From: Streptococcus mitis
Lineage (GTDB): Bacteria > Bacillota > Bacilli > Lactobacillales > Streptococcaceae
Direction of reading: 5' to 3'
Assembly (NCBI RefSeq): GCF_047465045.1
Contig: NZ_JASHAR010000001.1
Coordinates: 87,758-111,757, forward strand
Length of the DNA stretch: 24,000 nucleotides
The notes beneath the pieces are model-generated. The model was not told the origin of the DNA and searched no databases. It saw only the letters and a list, made by a program, of their open reading frames with translations. A program made the translations under genes and the position numbers. Numbering within the stretch: the stretch's first letter is position 1; each line of letters starts with the position of its first letter. Positions 1 through 8,429 of this stretch are shown here, one piece after another.

Positions 1-2
1 CG

Positions 3-227
3 ATGGTTCAAACCTTTGCGATGGCTCTTCTGACGAATCAGTATGATTTTCAACCTAAACAATTGGAAGTGATGCCAACTGAATCAGATGATGTGATTCA
101 ATTTTTGGTTGTTCTAACTAAAAATGGAGAAGAGAACAGCTATTTCGTTGGAAATTTCAATACTACGGTTCAACAAATCCAGCTAAAAGCCTATGTTGGC
201 GGAAATATAGGTGGTACATACGGATAA
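3..227 (+). CDS. 3' end of an unidentified CDS (5' end outside the window)
   Basis: ORF is open to the left window edge and stops at TAA 225-227. The 234-261 hairpin follows directly. I recognise no motif in the 74 aa. Confidence 0.35.
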   Translation: MVQTFAMALLTNQYDFQPKQLEVMPTESDDVIQFLVVLTKNGEENSYFVGNFNTTVQQIQLKAYVGGNIGGTYG

Positions 228-233
228 TAAGTT

Positions 234-261
234 GCACAAAAAGTTATATAACTTTTTGTGC
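234..261. repeat. 28-bp perfect palindrome gcacaaaaagttata|tataactttttgtgc; could be a terminator for the upstream CDS, an operator, or both
   Basis: Read directly: the two 14-nt arms are exact reverse complements and are followed by a T-rich stretch. It contains the 15-mer aaaaagttatataac, which recurs at 307-321 and 3660-3674. Confidence 0.8.
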
Positions 262-268
262 TTTTATA

Positions 269-297
269 TTGACAAACAAAGTTGTTTCAGTTATAAT
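269..297 (+). promoter_or_regulatory. Consensus sigma-A promoter for the parA-like operon
   Basis: TTGACA (269-274), 17-nt spacer, TATAAT (292-297). It lies ~55 nt upstream of the parA-like ATG. Confidence 0.7.
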
Positions 298-298
298 T

Positions 299-323
299 AA
301 GTATATAAAAAGTTATATAACAA
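299..323. repeat. Left copy of a 25-bp direct repeat (aagtatataaaaagttatataacaa)
   Basis: Identical 25-mer at 3652-3676, compared base by base. Confidence 0.9.
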
Positions 324-350
324 AATATACAATTATCCAAGGAGGGAATC

Positions 351-1169
351 ATGAAGATTCAGACTACAAACTTAGGAAAAGGTGGCGGTGGTAAGACTAC
401 AGATACCTTTAATGAAGGGGATTGGTTGGCACGTGTTAAGGGGCTTAGAACACTACTAATTGATGGAGCTTGGGAATGTAATTTGACAAGAACATTTGAT
501 GTAAAATGCGAGAAAACTGTCTATGATATATTTACGACTGGAGAGTATGAGATTGTTCCAATATCAGAAAATCTCAGTTTGATTTGTGGTGATGAGCGTT
601 TGACAGATGAGCAGTTAGATCTTGCCAGTCGAAACAACAAGTATCTCCAGTTGTTTATGTGGTTTAGCGAACATTACGAAGAGTTAGAAGCACAATTTGA
701 TGTCATTCTGATTGATACGCACAATGATGAGAGTTTAGTTACAGCAAATTTTATAGCTGTATCAGATATTGTCTTGGCTGTTTCTGATGCCTCTCTTAAT
801 GGTTTTCGTGCCTGGTTATCTTTGAAAAATTTTGTAGATTTCATTAAGAGCGAAGCTATCGAAGTGATTACTAAGAAAAGCTATGTTAAAGCAGAACCTT
901 ATCTTATTGGAAATAAGATCAAGTACGTTGGAAACAATGTAACAGACACTTGTAAACAATTTTTAGAAGTTGTTGAAGAAGATCAGGCTTATCTGGGATC
1001 TATCCAGGAGAAAGAGCTCATGGCCAAGAGTCTTGTGATTAGTCAGAGTGTTTTTGAGCAGCATGAAGAGATGACAGCTAACCAACAAGAGACACATAAA
1101 AAGTTTTATGATAATATAAACTATGTATATGAAAATATTTTGAGTGTGTTAGAAGGAGAGGTAGCATGA
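351..1169 (+). CDS. parA: ParA/Soj-family partition ATPase (plasmid type Ib-like)
   Basis: N-terminal deviant Walker A LGKGGGGKTT, later hydrophobic-D motif ILIDTHND, ~270 aa. Strong RBS aaggaggg before the ATG. ATGA overlap with the next gene. Confidence 0.75.
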   Translation: MKIQTTNLGKGGGGKTTDTFNEGDWLARVKGLRTLLIDGAWECNLTRTFDVKCEKTVYDIFTTGEYEIVPISENLSLICGDERLTDEQLDLASRNNKYLQLFMWFSEHYEELEAQFDVILIDTHNDESLVTANFIAVSDIVLAVSDASLNGFRAWLSLKNFVDFIKSEAIEVITKKSYVKAEPYLIGNKIKYVGNNVTDTCKQFLEVVEEDQAYLGSIQEKELMAKSLVISQSVFEQHEEMTANQQETHKKFYDNINYVYENILSVLEGEVA

Positions 1170-1438
1170 CAGAGAATCGATTCGCACAAGTAAAACAAAC
1201 ATTCCAAAGTACACCAAAGAGAGAGAAGACCCCTTCGTCGAGGAAACAAAATCAGGAGGCTAGAAAGTCTCCTGAAAGCTATAACAAAAAGCAAAGATAT
1301 CCATTCTCTTTACATCATAATGTTCGATACGATATGTTAGATGCTTTAGTAGAGTATCACGGTGAAAAATCAGCTTCATCTTATCTCGAGAATCTGATTA
1401 TAAGAGAATGGGAAAAGATGGAGCGAAAGAAAAAATAG
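1166..1438 (+). CDS. Small basic protein with a C-terminal ribbon-helix-helix-like fold; candidate ParG/omega-like centromere-binding partner
   Basis: Translationally coupled to parA (ATGA overlap at 1166-1169). Basic, disordered N-terminus. The C-terminal pattern YPFSLH / VRYDMLDALVEYHG / SASSYLENLIIREW fits strand-helix-helix by eye. Confidence 0.5.
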   Translation: MTENRFAQVKQTFQSTPKREKTPSSRKQNQEARKSPESYNKKQRYPFSLHHNVRYDMLDALVEYHGEKSASSYLENLIIREWEKMERKKK

Positions 1439-1464
1439 CGTTCCATAAGAAAGGAAATGCAGCA

Positions 1465-1845
1465 ATGAAATACTTATCAAATCTATCAGATATTCCTGAA
1501 TTTTCTTCAGCAGCAATAGATTCAGGACAAATTGTCATCCCTCGTCCAATAATAGACAACCCACAGTTCAATGATTTGAAGAGTAGTGGAATTTTTCTCT
1601 ACATGCTTTTATTAAATCGTTTAAGAGCTGCAGTTGACTTTGAATTAAAAGGATATGATGAAAATGGAAATACTTTTGTATGTTACCCTATAGAGGAGCT
1701 AATGGAGTCTCTTCAATCAGGTAAAAGTAAAGTGATTTCTTTGAAAAAGAAGCTAAAGAATCATGGTTTAATTGAAGAAGTACGCCAAGGATCCAATCTA
1801 CCCAATAGAATTTACCTAACAGATGAGATTTTAAAATATTACTGA
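1465..1845 (+). CDS. RepA_N-domain (Firmicute plasmid replication-initiator N-terminal domain) protein, short form
   Basis: Pattern IPRPIIDNPQF..LKSSGIFLYMLLLNRL..DENGNTFVCYPIEELMESL..SKVISLKKKLKNHGLIEEVRQGSNLPNRIYL matches my memory of the RepA_N winged-helix signature. I place the start at ATG 1465 (RBS aaagga) rather than the ORF-track start at 1408. At 126 aa it is much shorter than full Rep proteins. Confidence 0.55.
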   Translation: MKYLSNLSDIPEFSSAAIDSGQIVIPRPIIDNPQFNDLKSSGIFLYMLLLNRLRAAVDFELKGYDENGNTFVCYPIEELMESLQSGKSKVISLKKKLKNHGLIEEVRQGSNLPNRIYLTDEILKYY

Positions 1846-1862
1846 TGAAGTAGGAGGAATCT

Positions 1863-2192
1863 ATGATGATTTTCATTGATATTAAAAGACTTGTTCAGCT
1901 GTTCTTTATTTTTATCGGAGCTATAGCAATCTATGTGTTCTATAAAACATTTGGGCTTAGTATGGTGTTTATAATTGTTTTAGGATTGGCCGTTTTAAGA
2001 TTCGCTCCAGCTTTCCTTCCAGTTGTATTATTACTGTATTTGGGACTTCACTTTACAGGTGGTTTTTCCTTTATTGCAGATGGAATTGTGACGGTTTTAT
2101 GGAGTATTATTTTGATTCCTATGGGGATAGCTACTATTGAAATGAGCAAATCCTATTTGAGTAAGAAAGAGAAACCCTGGTATGACAAGTAA
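1863..2192 (+). CDS. Small integral membrane protein (3-4 predicted TM helices), function unknown
   Basis: Strong RBS aggagg before the ATG. The sequence is almost wholly hydrophobic. A terminator follows directly. Confidence 0.55.
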   Translation: MMIFIDIKRLVQLFFIFIGAIAIYVFYKTFGLSMVFIIVLGLAVLRFAPAFLPVVLLLYLGLHFTGGFSFIADGIVTVLWSIILIPMGIATIEMSKSYLSKKEKPWYDK

Positions 2193-2223
2193 GAGTTTAT
2201 CTGAAAAGATAGGCTCTTTTTTT
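2193..2223 (+). terminator. Rho-independent terminator
   Basis: gagtttatct-GAAA-agataggctc forms a 10-bp stem (two G-U pairs) with a GAAA loop, followed by a run of 7 T. Confidence 0.7.
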
Positions 2224-2301
2224 GTCAGAACAAAGGATTATTTGAACATTCAGGTCAAAATTTATTAAAATAAGCGTAATTTTAATAAGGGAGGATTCTG
2301 A

Positions 2302-3639
2302 ATGGCTTTCTTTGATGAGAGAGAATTAAAAAATCAATTGCTGTTTCAAAATGCAAAAGAATTTTATAACTTTGTTTCTAGGTATGATGAGGAGATGATT
2401 CCGGTCATGAAAGCAAAGGGATATACCTGTATTCATTCAATGGAGCGAACCGTCGCTTTTACATTTGGAGAGTTTACTTTCAGAAGAAGACGTTGGAAAA
2501 AGGGAGATCATTGGGTCATTCCAGTAGATGAAAAGTTAGGGCTCCAGAAGAACGTCCGCTTCTCCTGGGAATTTATGTATCAGGTGGCCAAATTATCTAC
2601 TTTGATGCCATATGATAAAGTAACTCAGGTGATCCAATTGACTTATCACATCTCTATCACAAAGCCAATTGTGGTAAAAGCTGTAAAAATCTGTGAGAAG
2701 TTATTGGAGGAAAGAGAAGGCTATCGATATTATGAAGAGAATAGAGAGGTTAGCAAAAGAAAAGCCCAGGTTATTTATATTGAGGGTGATGGTGTGATGG
2801 TTAAAGCACGTGACACACAAAAGGATAATAAACATTATGATTTATCCCATTTTGTAGTTCATACAGGAAGCCAGAAAGTTGGCAGCAATCGATTTGAACT
2901 CCAGGACAAAAAAGAATTTATTGGCCTTGACAACCGATTAGTGAGGGAGCAGGTGATCGATTATCTATTCAATAATTATGAAGTTACGGATAGGACTTTA
3001 TTGATTACGAACTCTGATGGAGGTCATGGATATACACCCTATGTTTTCAAAGAGATTGCGAAGGTTTTGCGAATTAAACGCCACGAACATTTCTGGGATG
3101 AGTACCATGTAAATAAAGAGTTAAAGAATTATCTAAAATTTTACTCTGAAGATCTATTAGAGAGAGCTTTCCAGGCGATTAAGCAACATGATAAGCAGTT
3201 AATGAGAACTGTCCTAGATACGACCGAAAGTTATATCGAGACAGAAGAAGAACAAGAGTTATTTGAGAAGTTCAAGAGTAAAATATTGAGAAATTTCCAA
3301 TATACTAAACCAGCCGAACAAAGGGGATTCAGTCATGCAGGAATCGGGATAATGGAGAGTCAGCATCGTAAGGTCACTTATAGAATGAAAAAAAGAGGAA
3401 TGTACTGGACTCTTGCTGGAGCTGAAACGATGAGTCGGATAATTGTTTTGAATTATGAGGATTCCTTGAGGGAACTATTCTTTGGCAACTGGAGAGAGGA
3501 CTATGAAAAATTTATTTCTTTAGAGGAAGTTTCTGCTTATACCATTAAAAAAAGAATGAGTAAAACGGAAAAAGAAAATACATCTAGATATCAATGTTAC
3601 CCTGATAGTAAAAGATTATCTTACTTCCGAAAACAATAG
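2302..3639 (+). CDS. ISLre2 / UPF0236-family transposase (intact ORF)
   Basis: 445 aa with RBS gggagg. The segments RTVAFTFGEFTFRRRRW and YIEGDGVMV resemble conserved blocks I recall for ISLre2-family DDE transposases. I could not identify terminal inverted repeats. Confidence 0.55.
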   Translation: MAFFDERELKNQLLFQNAKEFYNFVSRYDEEMIPVMKAKGYTCIHSMERTVAFTFGEFTFRRRRWKKGDHWVIPVDEKLGLQKNVRFSWEFMYQVAKLSTLMPYDKVTQVIQLTYHISITKPIVVKAVKICEKLLEEREGYRYYEENREVSKRKAQVIYIEGDGVMVKARDTQKDNKHYDLSHFVVHTGSQKVGSNRFELQDKKEFIGLDNRLVREQVIDYLFNNYEVTDRTLLITNSDGGHGYTPYVFKEIAKVLRIKRHEHFWDEYHVNKELKNYLKFYSEDLLERAFQAIKQHDKQLMRTVLDTTESYIETEEEQELFEKFKSKILRNFQYTKPAEQRGFSHAGIGIMESQHRKVTYRMKKRGMYWTLAGAETMSRIIVLNYEDSLRELFFGNWREDYEKFISLEEVSAYTIKKRMSKTEKENTSRYQCYPDSKRLSYFRKQ

Positions 3640-3651
3640 AAGTACATAACA

Positions 3652-3676
3652 AAGTATATAAAAAGTTATATAACAA
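3652..3676. repeat. Right copy of the 25-bp direct repeat
   Basis: Identical to 299-323. A further shared 11-mer ctttttgtgct follows at 3697-3707, also present at 252-262. Confidence 0.9.
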
Positions 3677-3726
3677 TAACCTTTGTAAAAGAAGGTCTTT
3701 TTGTGCTACAATTAAACATAAAATGC

Positions 3727-3755
3727 TTGCACGGTATGTAAAAATGTGTTATAAT
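3727..3755 (+). promoter_or_regulatory. Strong orphan promoter (extended -10)
   Basis: TTGCAC (3727-3732), 17-nt spacer, TGtTATAAT (3747-3755). No ORF with an RBS follows. Confidence 0.6.
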
Positions 3756-3761
3756 TTACTT

Positions 3762-3912
3762 AAATTAATCGAATAAAAAAAGACGAAAAGTGCGCTAACA
3801 CTTCTCGCCTTACCGAGTAAGAACTCGTCCTTCTTACTCAGTCTTTAATTAATGATACCTGATAAGTGTATCAATGTCAAGACTGAGCAAGAAATTTGTT
3901 CAGTCTTTTTTT
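3762..3912 (+). ncRNA. Candidate ~150-nt small RNA or attenuator-like transcript (unnamed)
   Basis: Lies downstream of the 3727-3755 promoter. Hairpins at 3784-3807 and 3815-3839. A 12-bp terminator stem at 3879-3907 is followed by a T-run to 3912. Segment 3837-3845 is an exact complement of the terminator's 5' arm (3879-3887). No plausible coding frame. Confidence 0.4.
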
Positions 3913-4014
3913 AAAACTCGGTGATGTTCTCCTAAAAATTGTATGAATTTAGGCGTTCTAAAAAATTCTACCGCATACCTAGTCCCGTTTTAGAGTGACT
4001 CAGGGGGCTTTTTT

Positions 4015-4023
4015 TGATATAAT
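4015..4023 (+). promoter_or_regulatory. Extended -10 element, probable rnc promoter
   Basis: TGaTATAAT at 4015-4023, ~35 nt upstream of the rnc ATG. RBS agaggt. Confidence 0.4.
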
Positions 4024-4057
4024 AAAAAGGACTGTTATCAGTTAGAAAGAGGTTGGT

Positions 4058-4756
4058 ATGAAAGAATTACAAACTGTACTAAAGAACCATTTTGCAATCG
4101 AATTTGCAGACAAAAATTTACTGGAGACTGCCTTTACTCATACGAGTTATGCCAATGAGCACCGCCTCTTAAAAATTTCACACAATGAACGCTTGGAATT
4201 TTTAGGAGACGCTGTTCTACAGTTATTGATTTCAGAATATCTGTATAAAAAATATCCTAAAAAGCCTGAGGGTGACTTGTCTAAACTCCGTGCCATGATT
4301 GTCCGCGAGGAAAGTTTGGCTGGTTTTGCGCGTGATTGCCAGTTTGATCAGTTTATCAAACTTGGTAAAGGGGAAGAAAAGTCTGGTGGACGCAATCGTG
4401 ATACCATTCTTGGTGATGCCTTTGAAGCCTTTCTTGGTGCCCTTCTTTTGGACAAGGATGTGGCCAAGGTCAAGGAATTTATCTATCAAGTCATGATTCC
4501 TAAGGTTGAAGCAGGCGAATTTGAGATGATTACAGACTACAAAACCCATCTCCAAGAGTTACTTCAGGTCAATGGCGATGTGGCTATTCGTTATCAGGTG
4601 ATTTCTGAAACGGGTCCTGCCCACGATAAGGTCTTTGATGTAGAAGTTCTTGTCGAAGGTAAGAGCATTGGTCAAGGTCAAGGTCGTTCTAAGAAACTAG
4701 CAGAGCAGGAAGCTGCCAAAAATGCCGTTGAGAAAGGGCTGGATTCATGTATTTAA
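4058..4756 (+). CDS. rnc: Ribonuclease III
   Basis: RNase III signature [11 protein letters not shown], second catalytic block [11 protein letters not shown], and a C-terminal dsRBD-like tail ([12 protein letters not shown]). 232 aa. Confidence 0.95.
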
Positions 4757-7700
4757 AGGAAATCGAAATTCAGGGATTCAAGTCTTTTGCTGATAAGACC
4801 AAGGTCGTCTTTGACCAAGGTGTGACGGCAGTTGTTGGACCCAATGGATCTGGAAAGTCGAATATTACAGAAAGTCTGCGTTGGGCTTTGGGGGAGTCTA
4901 GTGTCAAGAGTCTCCGTGGGGGCAAGATGCCGGATGTCATCTTTGCTGGAACTGAAAGTCGCAAACCGCTCAATTATGCTTCTGTAGTTGTGACTCTGGA
5001 TAATCATGACGGATTTATCAAGGATGCAGGTCAAGAAATCAGGGTAGAACGTCATATCTACCGTAGTGGAGATAGCGAATACAAGATTGACGGCAAGAAA
5101 GTCCGTCTGCGTGATATTCATGATCTTTTCTTGGATACAGGTTTGGGACGAGATTCCTTCTCTATCATTTCCCAAGGGAAGGTTGAGGAGATTTTTAATT
5201 CCAAGCCTGAGGAACGCCGAGCTATTTTTGAAGAAGCTGCTGGAGTTTTGAAATACAAGACTCGTAGAAAAGAGACTGAGAGCAAATTGCAACAAACTCA
5301 GGATAATCTGGATCGTCTTGAAGACATTATCTACGAGTTGGATAATCAAATCAAACCTCTTGAGAAGCAAGCTGAGAATGCCCGTAAGTTTTTAGACTTG
5401 GAAGGTCAACGCAAGGCTATTTATTTAGATGTGCTGGTTGCTCAAATCAAGGAAAATAAGGCTGAACTAGACTCGACAGAAGAAGAGTTGACTCAGGTTC
5501 AGGAACTCTTGACGAGCTACTACCAAAAGCGTGAAAAATTAGAAGAAGAAAATCAAGCTCTTAAAAAGCAACGCCAAGATTTACAGGCTGAAATGTCCAA
5601 AGACCAAGGCAGTTTGATGGATTTGACCAGTCTGATTAGTGATTTAGAGAGAAAATTAGCCCTATCGAAACTGGAATCTGAGCAAGTAGCCCTGAATCAA
5701 CAGGAAGCACAAGCTCGTTTGGCTGCTTTGGAGGATAAGAGAAATTCACTCAGCAAAGAAAAATCTGATAAGGAAAGCTCTTTAGCCCTCTTAGAGGAAA
5801 ATCTAATCAAAAATAATCAAAAACTCAATCGTTTAGAAGCTGAATTACTGGCTTTTTCAGATGATCCTGATCAGATGATTGAGCTCTTGCGTGAACGCTT
5901 TGTGGCGCTTTTACAGGAAGAAGCGGATGTCTCAAACCAACTGACTCGTATTGAGAATGAGCTGGAAAATAGTCGTCAGATTTCTCAAAAACAAGCAGAT
6001 CAACTAGAAAAGCTGAAAGAACAGCTGGCTACAGCTAAAGAAAAGGCAAGTCAGCAAAGGAATGAGCTTGAAACTGCCAAGGAGCAGGTTCAGAAATTAT
6101 TGGCTGACTATCAAGTCTGTGCCAAGGAGCAAGAGGAGCAGAAAACTTCCTATCAAGCTCAACAGAGTCAACTCTTTGATCGTCTGGATAATCTCAAAAA
6201 CAAACAGGCTAGAGCCCAAAGTTTGGAAAATATCCTTAGAAATCACAGTAACTTTTATGCAGGTGTTAAGAGTGTTCTCCAAGAAAAAGATCGCCTTGGT
6301 GGGATTATTGGTGCAGTCAGTGAGCACCTGACTTTTGATGTGCATTATCAAACTGCCCTAGAGATTGCGCTTGGAGCTAGTAGTCAGCATATCATCGTAG
6401 AAGATGAAGAGTCGGCAACCAAGGCGATTGATTTCCTCAAACGAAATAGAGCTGGTCGTGCAACCTTCCTTCCTTTAACGACTATCAAGGCGCGTACGAT
6501 TTCTAGTCAGAATCAAGATGCTATTGCTGCAAGTCCAGGATTTCTGGGTATGGCAGATGAGCTGGTTACTTTCGATACTAGACTGGAAGCTATTTTCAAG
6601 AACTTGCTAGCTACGACGGCTATTTTTGACACCGTGGAGTATGCGCGTGAAGCTGCTCGACAAGTTCGTTATCAGGTTCGCATGGTGACATTGGATGGGA
6701 CAGAGCTGCGTACAGGTGGTTCCTATGCAGGTGGAGCCAATCGTCAGAATAATAGCATTTTCATCAAGCCAGAACTGGAACAATTACAAAAAGAAATTGC
6801 TGAAGAAGAAGCAAGCTTGCGTACAGATGAAGCGAGTTTGAAGAACTTGCAAGATGAGATGGTTTCATTGACAGAAAAGTTAGAAGCCATCAAATCTCAG
6901 GGAGAGCAAGCTCGTATCCAGGAGCAGGGCTTGTCCCTCGCTTATCAGCAGACCAGTCAGCAAGTTGAAGAACTGGAAACTCTTTGGAAACTCCAAGAAG
7001 AGGAATTAAATCGTCTTTCTGAGGGTGATTGGCAAGAGGATAAGGAAAAATGCCAAGAGCGCCTTACTACTATCGCCAGTGACAAGCAAAATCTGGAAGC
7101 TGAGATTGAAGAGATTAAGTCTAATAAAAACGCCATCCAAGAACGCTATCAAAACTTGCAGGAAGAGGTAGCACAAGCTCGCTTGCGTAAGACTGAACTG
7201 CAAGGACAAAAACGTTATGAAGTAGCTGATATTGAGCGTTTAGGCAAGGAATTGGACAATCTTGATCTTGAGCAAGAGGAAATCCAGCGCCTTCTTCAAG
7301 AAAAGGTTGATAATCTGGAGAAGGTTGATACAGAATTGCTCGGTCAACAGGCGGAAGAGGCCAAAACTCAGAAAATGAACCTCCAACAAGGTTTGATTCG
7401 CAAGCAGTTTGAGTTGGATGATATTGAGGGTCAGCTGGATGATATTGCCAGTCATTTGGACCAAGCTCGCCAGCAGAATGAAGAGTGGATTCGCAAGCAA
7501 ACTCGTGCTGAAGCCAAGAAAGAAAAGGTCAGCGAGCGCTTGCGCCATCTACAAAGTCAATTAACAGACCAGTACCAGATTAGCTATACTGAAGCTCTAG
7601 AAAAGGCGCATGAATTGGAAAATCTCAATCTGGCAGAGCAAGAGGTTAAGGATTTGGAGAAAGCTATTCGCTCACTGGGTCCTGTCAATTTAGACGCTAT

Positions 7701-8286
7701 TGACCAGTACGAAGAAGTTCACAATCGTCTGGATTTCCTAAATAGCCAACGAGATGATATTTTGTCAGCGAAAAATCTGCTCCTTGAAACCATTACAGAA
7801 ATGAACGATGAAGTCAAGGAACGATTTAAATCAACCTTTGAAGCTATTCGTGAGTCCTTTAAAGTGACCTTTAAGCAGATGTTTGGTGGAGGTCAGGCTG
7901 ACTTGATTTTGACTGAAGGAGACCTGCTGACAGCTGGGGTTGAGATTTCTGTCCAACCACCAGGCAAGAAAATCCAGTCTCTCAACCTTATGAGTGGTGG
8001 GGAAAAAGCCCTATCGGCTCTTGCTTTGCTTTTCTCCATTATTCGTGTCAAGACCATTCCATTTGTTATCTTGGATGAGGTAGAGGCTGCGCTAGACGAA
8101 GCCAATGTTAAACGTTTTGGAGATTATCTCAACCGCTTTGATAAGGACAGTCAATTTATTGTCGTAACCCACCGTAAGGGAACCATGGCAGCGGCTGATT
8201 CCATCTATGGAGTGACCATGCAGGAATCAGGTGTTTCGAAGATTGTTTCGGTTAAGTTAAAAGATTTGGAAGAAACAGTAGACTAG
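4747..8286 (+). CDS. smc: Chromosome condensation/segregation protein SMC
   Basis: 1179 aa. Walker [10 protein letters not shown], long E/Q/K-rich coiled coils, a central hinge, signature [15 protein letters not shown] and Walker [13 protein letters not shown]. Its start overlaps the rnc stop by 10 nt. Confidence 0.95.
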
Positions 8287-8296
8287 TTACCAAACG

Positions 8297-8325
8297 ATAG
8301 CATCTCTTAGGGGATGCTATTTTTT
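8297..8325 (+). terminator. Rho-independent terminator after smc
   Basis: atagcatc(tc)-ttag-(gg)gatgctat stem followed by a T-run. Confidence 0.7.
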
Positions 8326-8414
8326 AAAACTAACATCTTGAATGATTTTTTAAGGTCAGTTCAGGGGCAAAAAATGACATTTGGGATTTCCTTTTAGCGA
8401 AAAGGCTTTCTCTA

Positions 8415-8423
8415 TGATATAAT
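8415..8423 (+). promoter_or_regulatory. Extended -10 (TGaTATAAT) placed 6 nt before the ribF ATG; leaderless configuration
   Basis: TATAAT at 8418-8423, agtttc, ATG at 8430. There is no Shine-Dalgarno sequence. Confidence 0.5.
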
Positions 8424-8429
8424 AGTTTC

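Larger units (their letters stand above)
234..3708 (+). mobile_element. Plasmid-like par/rep module with an ISLre2-type transposase (probable integrated plasmid or mobile-element remnant)
   Basis: Gene content (ParA, RHH protein, RepA_N, transposase), bracketing repeats, visibly AT-rich sequence, and a position directly upstream of housekeeping rnc. Confidence 0.5.

Noticed and set aside
1408-1464. ORF-track N-terminal extensions at several genes: 1408, 10293, 14254, 16370, 16881 and 21126.
   Set aside because: The extensions start at non-ATG or unsupported codons and overlap upstream genes or promoter -10 elements. Internal ATGs with better RBS or promoter context (1465, 10299, 14287, 16403, 16911, 21183) fit the known N-termini of these families better.
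1688-1876. Minus-strand 62-aa ORF overlapping the RepA_N gene's 3' end.
   Set aside because: It is antisense to a motif-supported CDS, with no RBS.
3987-3995. gttttagag, the opening bases of type II-A CRISPR repeats and the tracrRNA anti-repeat partner, located just upstream of rnc (RNase III processes tracrRNA:crRNA).
   Set aside because: It is a single 9-nt occurrence. There is no repeated array, no spacers and no cas genes in the window. The similarity is too short to mean anything. It more likely forms part of a weak hairpin and T-run (about 3981-4015) before the rnc promoter.
4232-4555. ORFs 4232..4555 (-) and 4299..4496 (+) nested in rnc.
   Set aside because: They lie fully inside a confidently identified RNase III frame, with no start signals.
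5400-7600. Apparent reiteration of gaagaa/caagag-type words that looked like tandem repeats.
   Set aside because: This is compositional bias from E/Q/K-rich heptads of the SMC coiled coil. I could trace no exact periodic DNA unit.
4753-8105. Several long minus-strand ORFs inside smc (4753..5370, 6097..6351, 7006..7209, 7240..7548, 7893..8105), plus + strand out-of-frame ORFs.
   Set aside because: They are antisense or out-of-frame shadows of a long, codon-biased coiled-coil gene. They have no RBS and leucine/serine-rich nonsense composition. The smc motifs fully explain the region.
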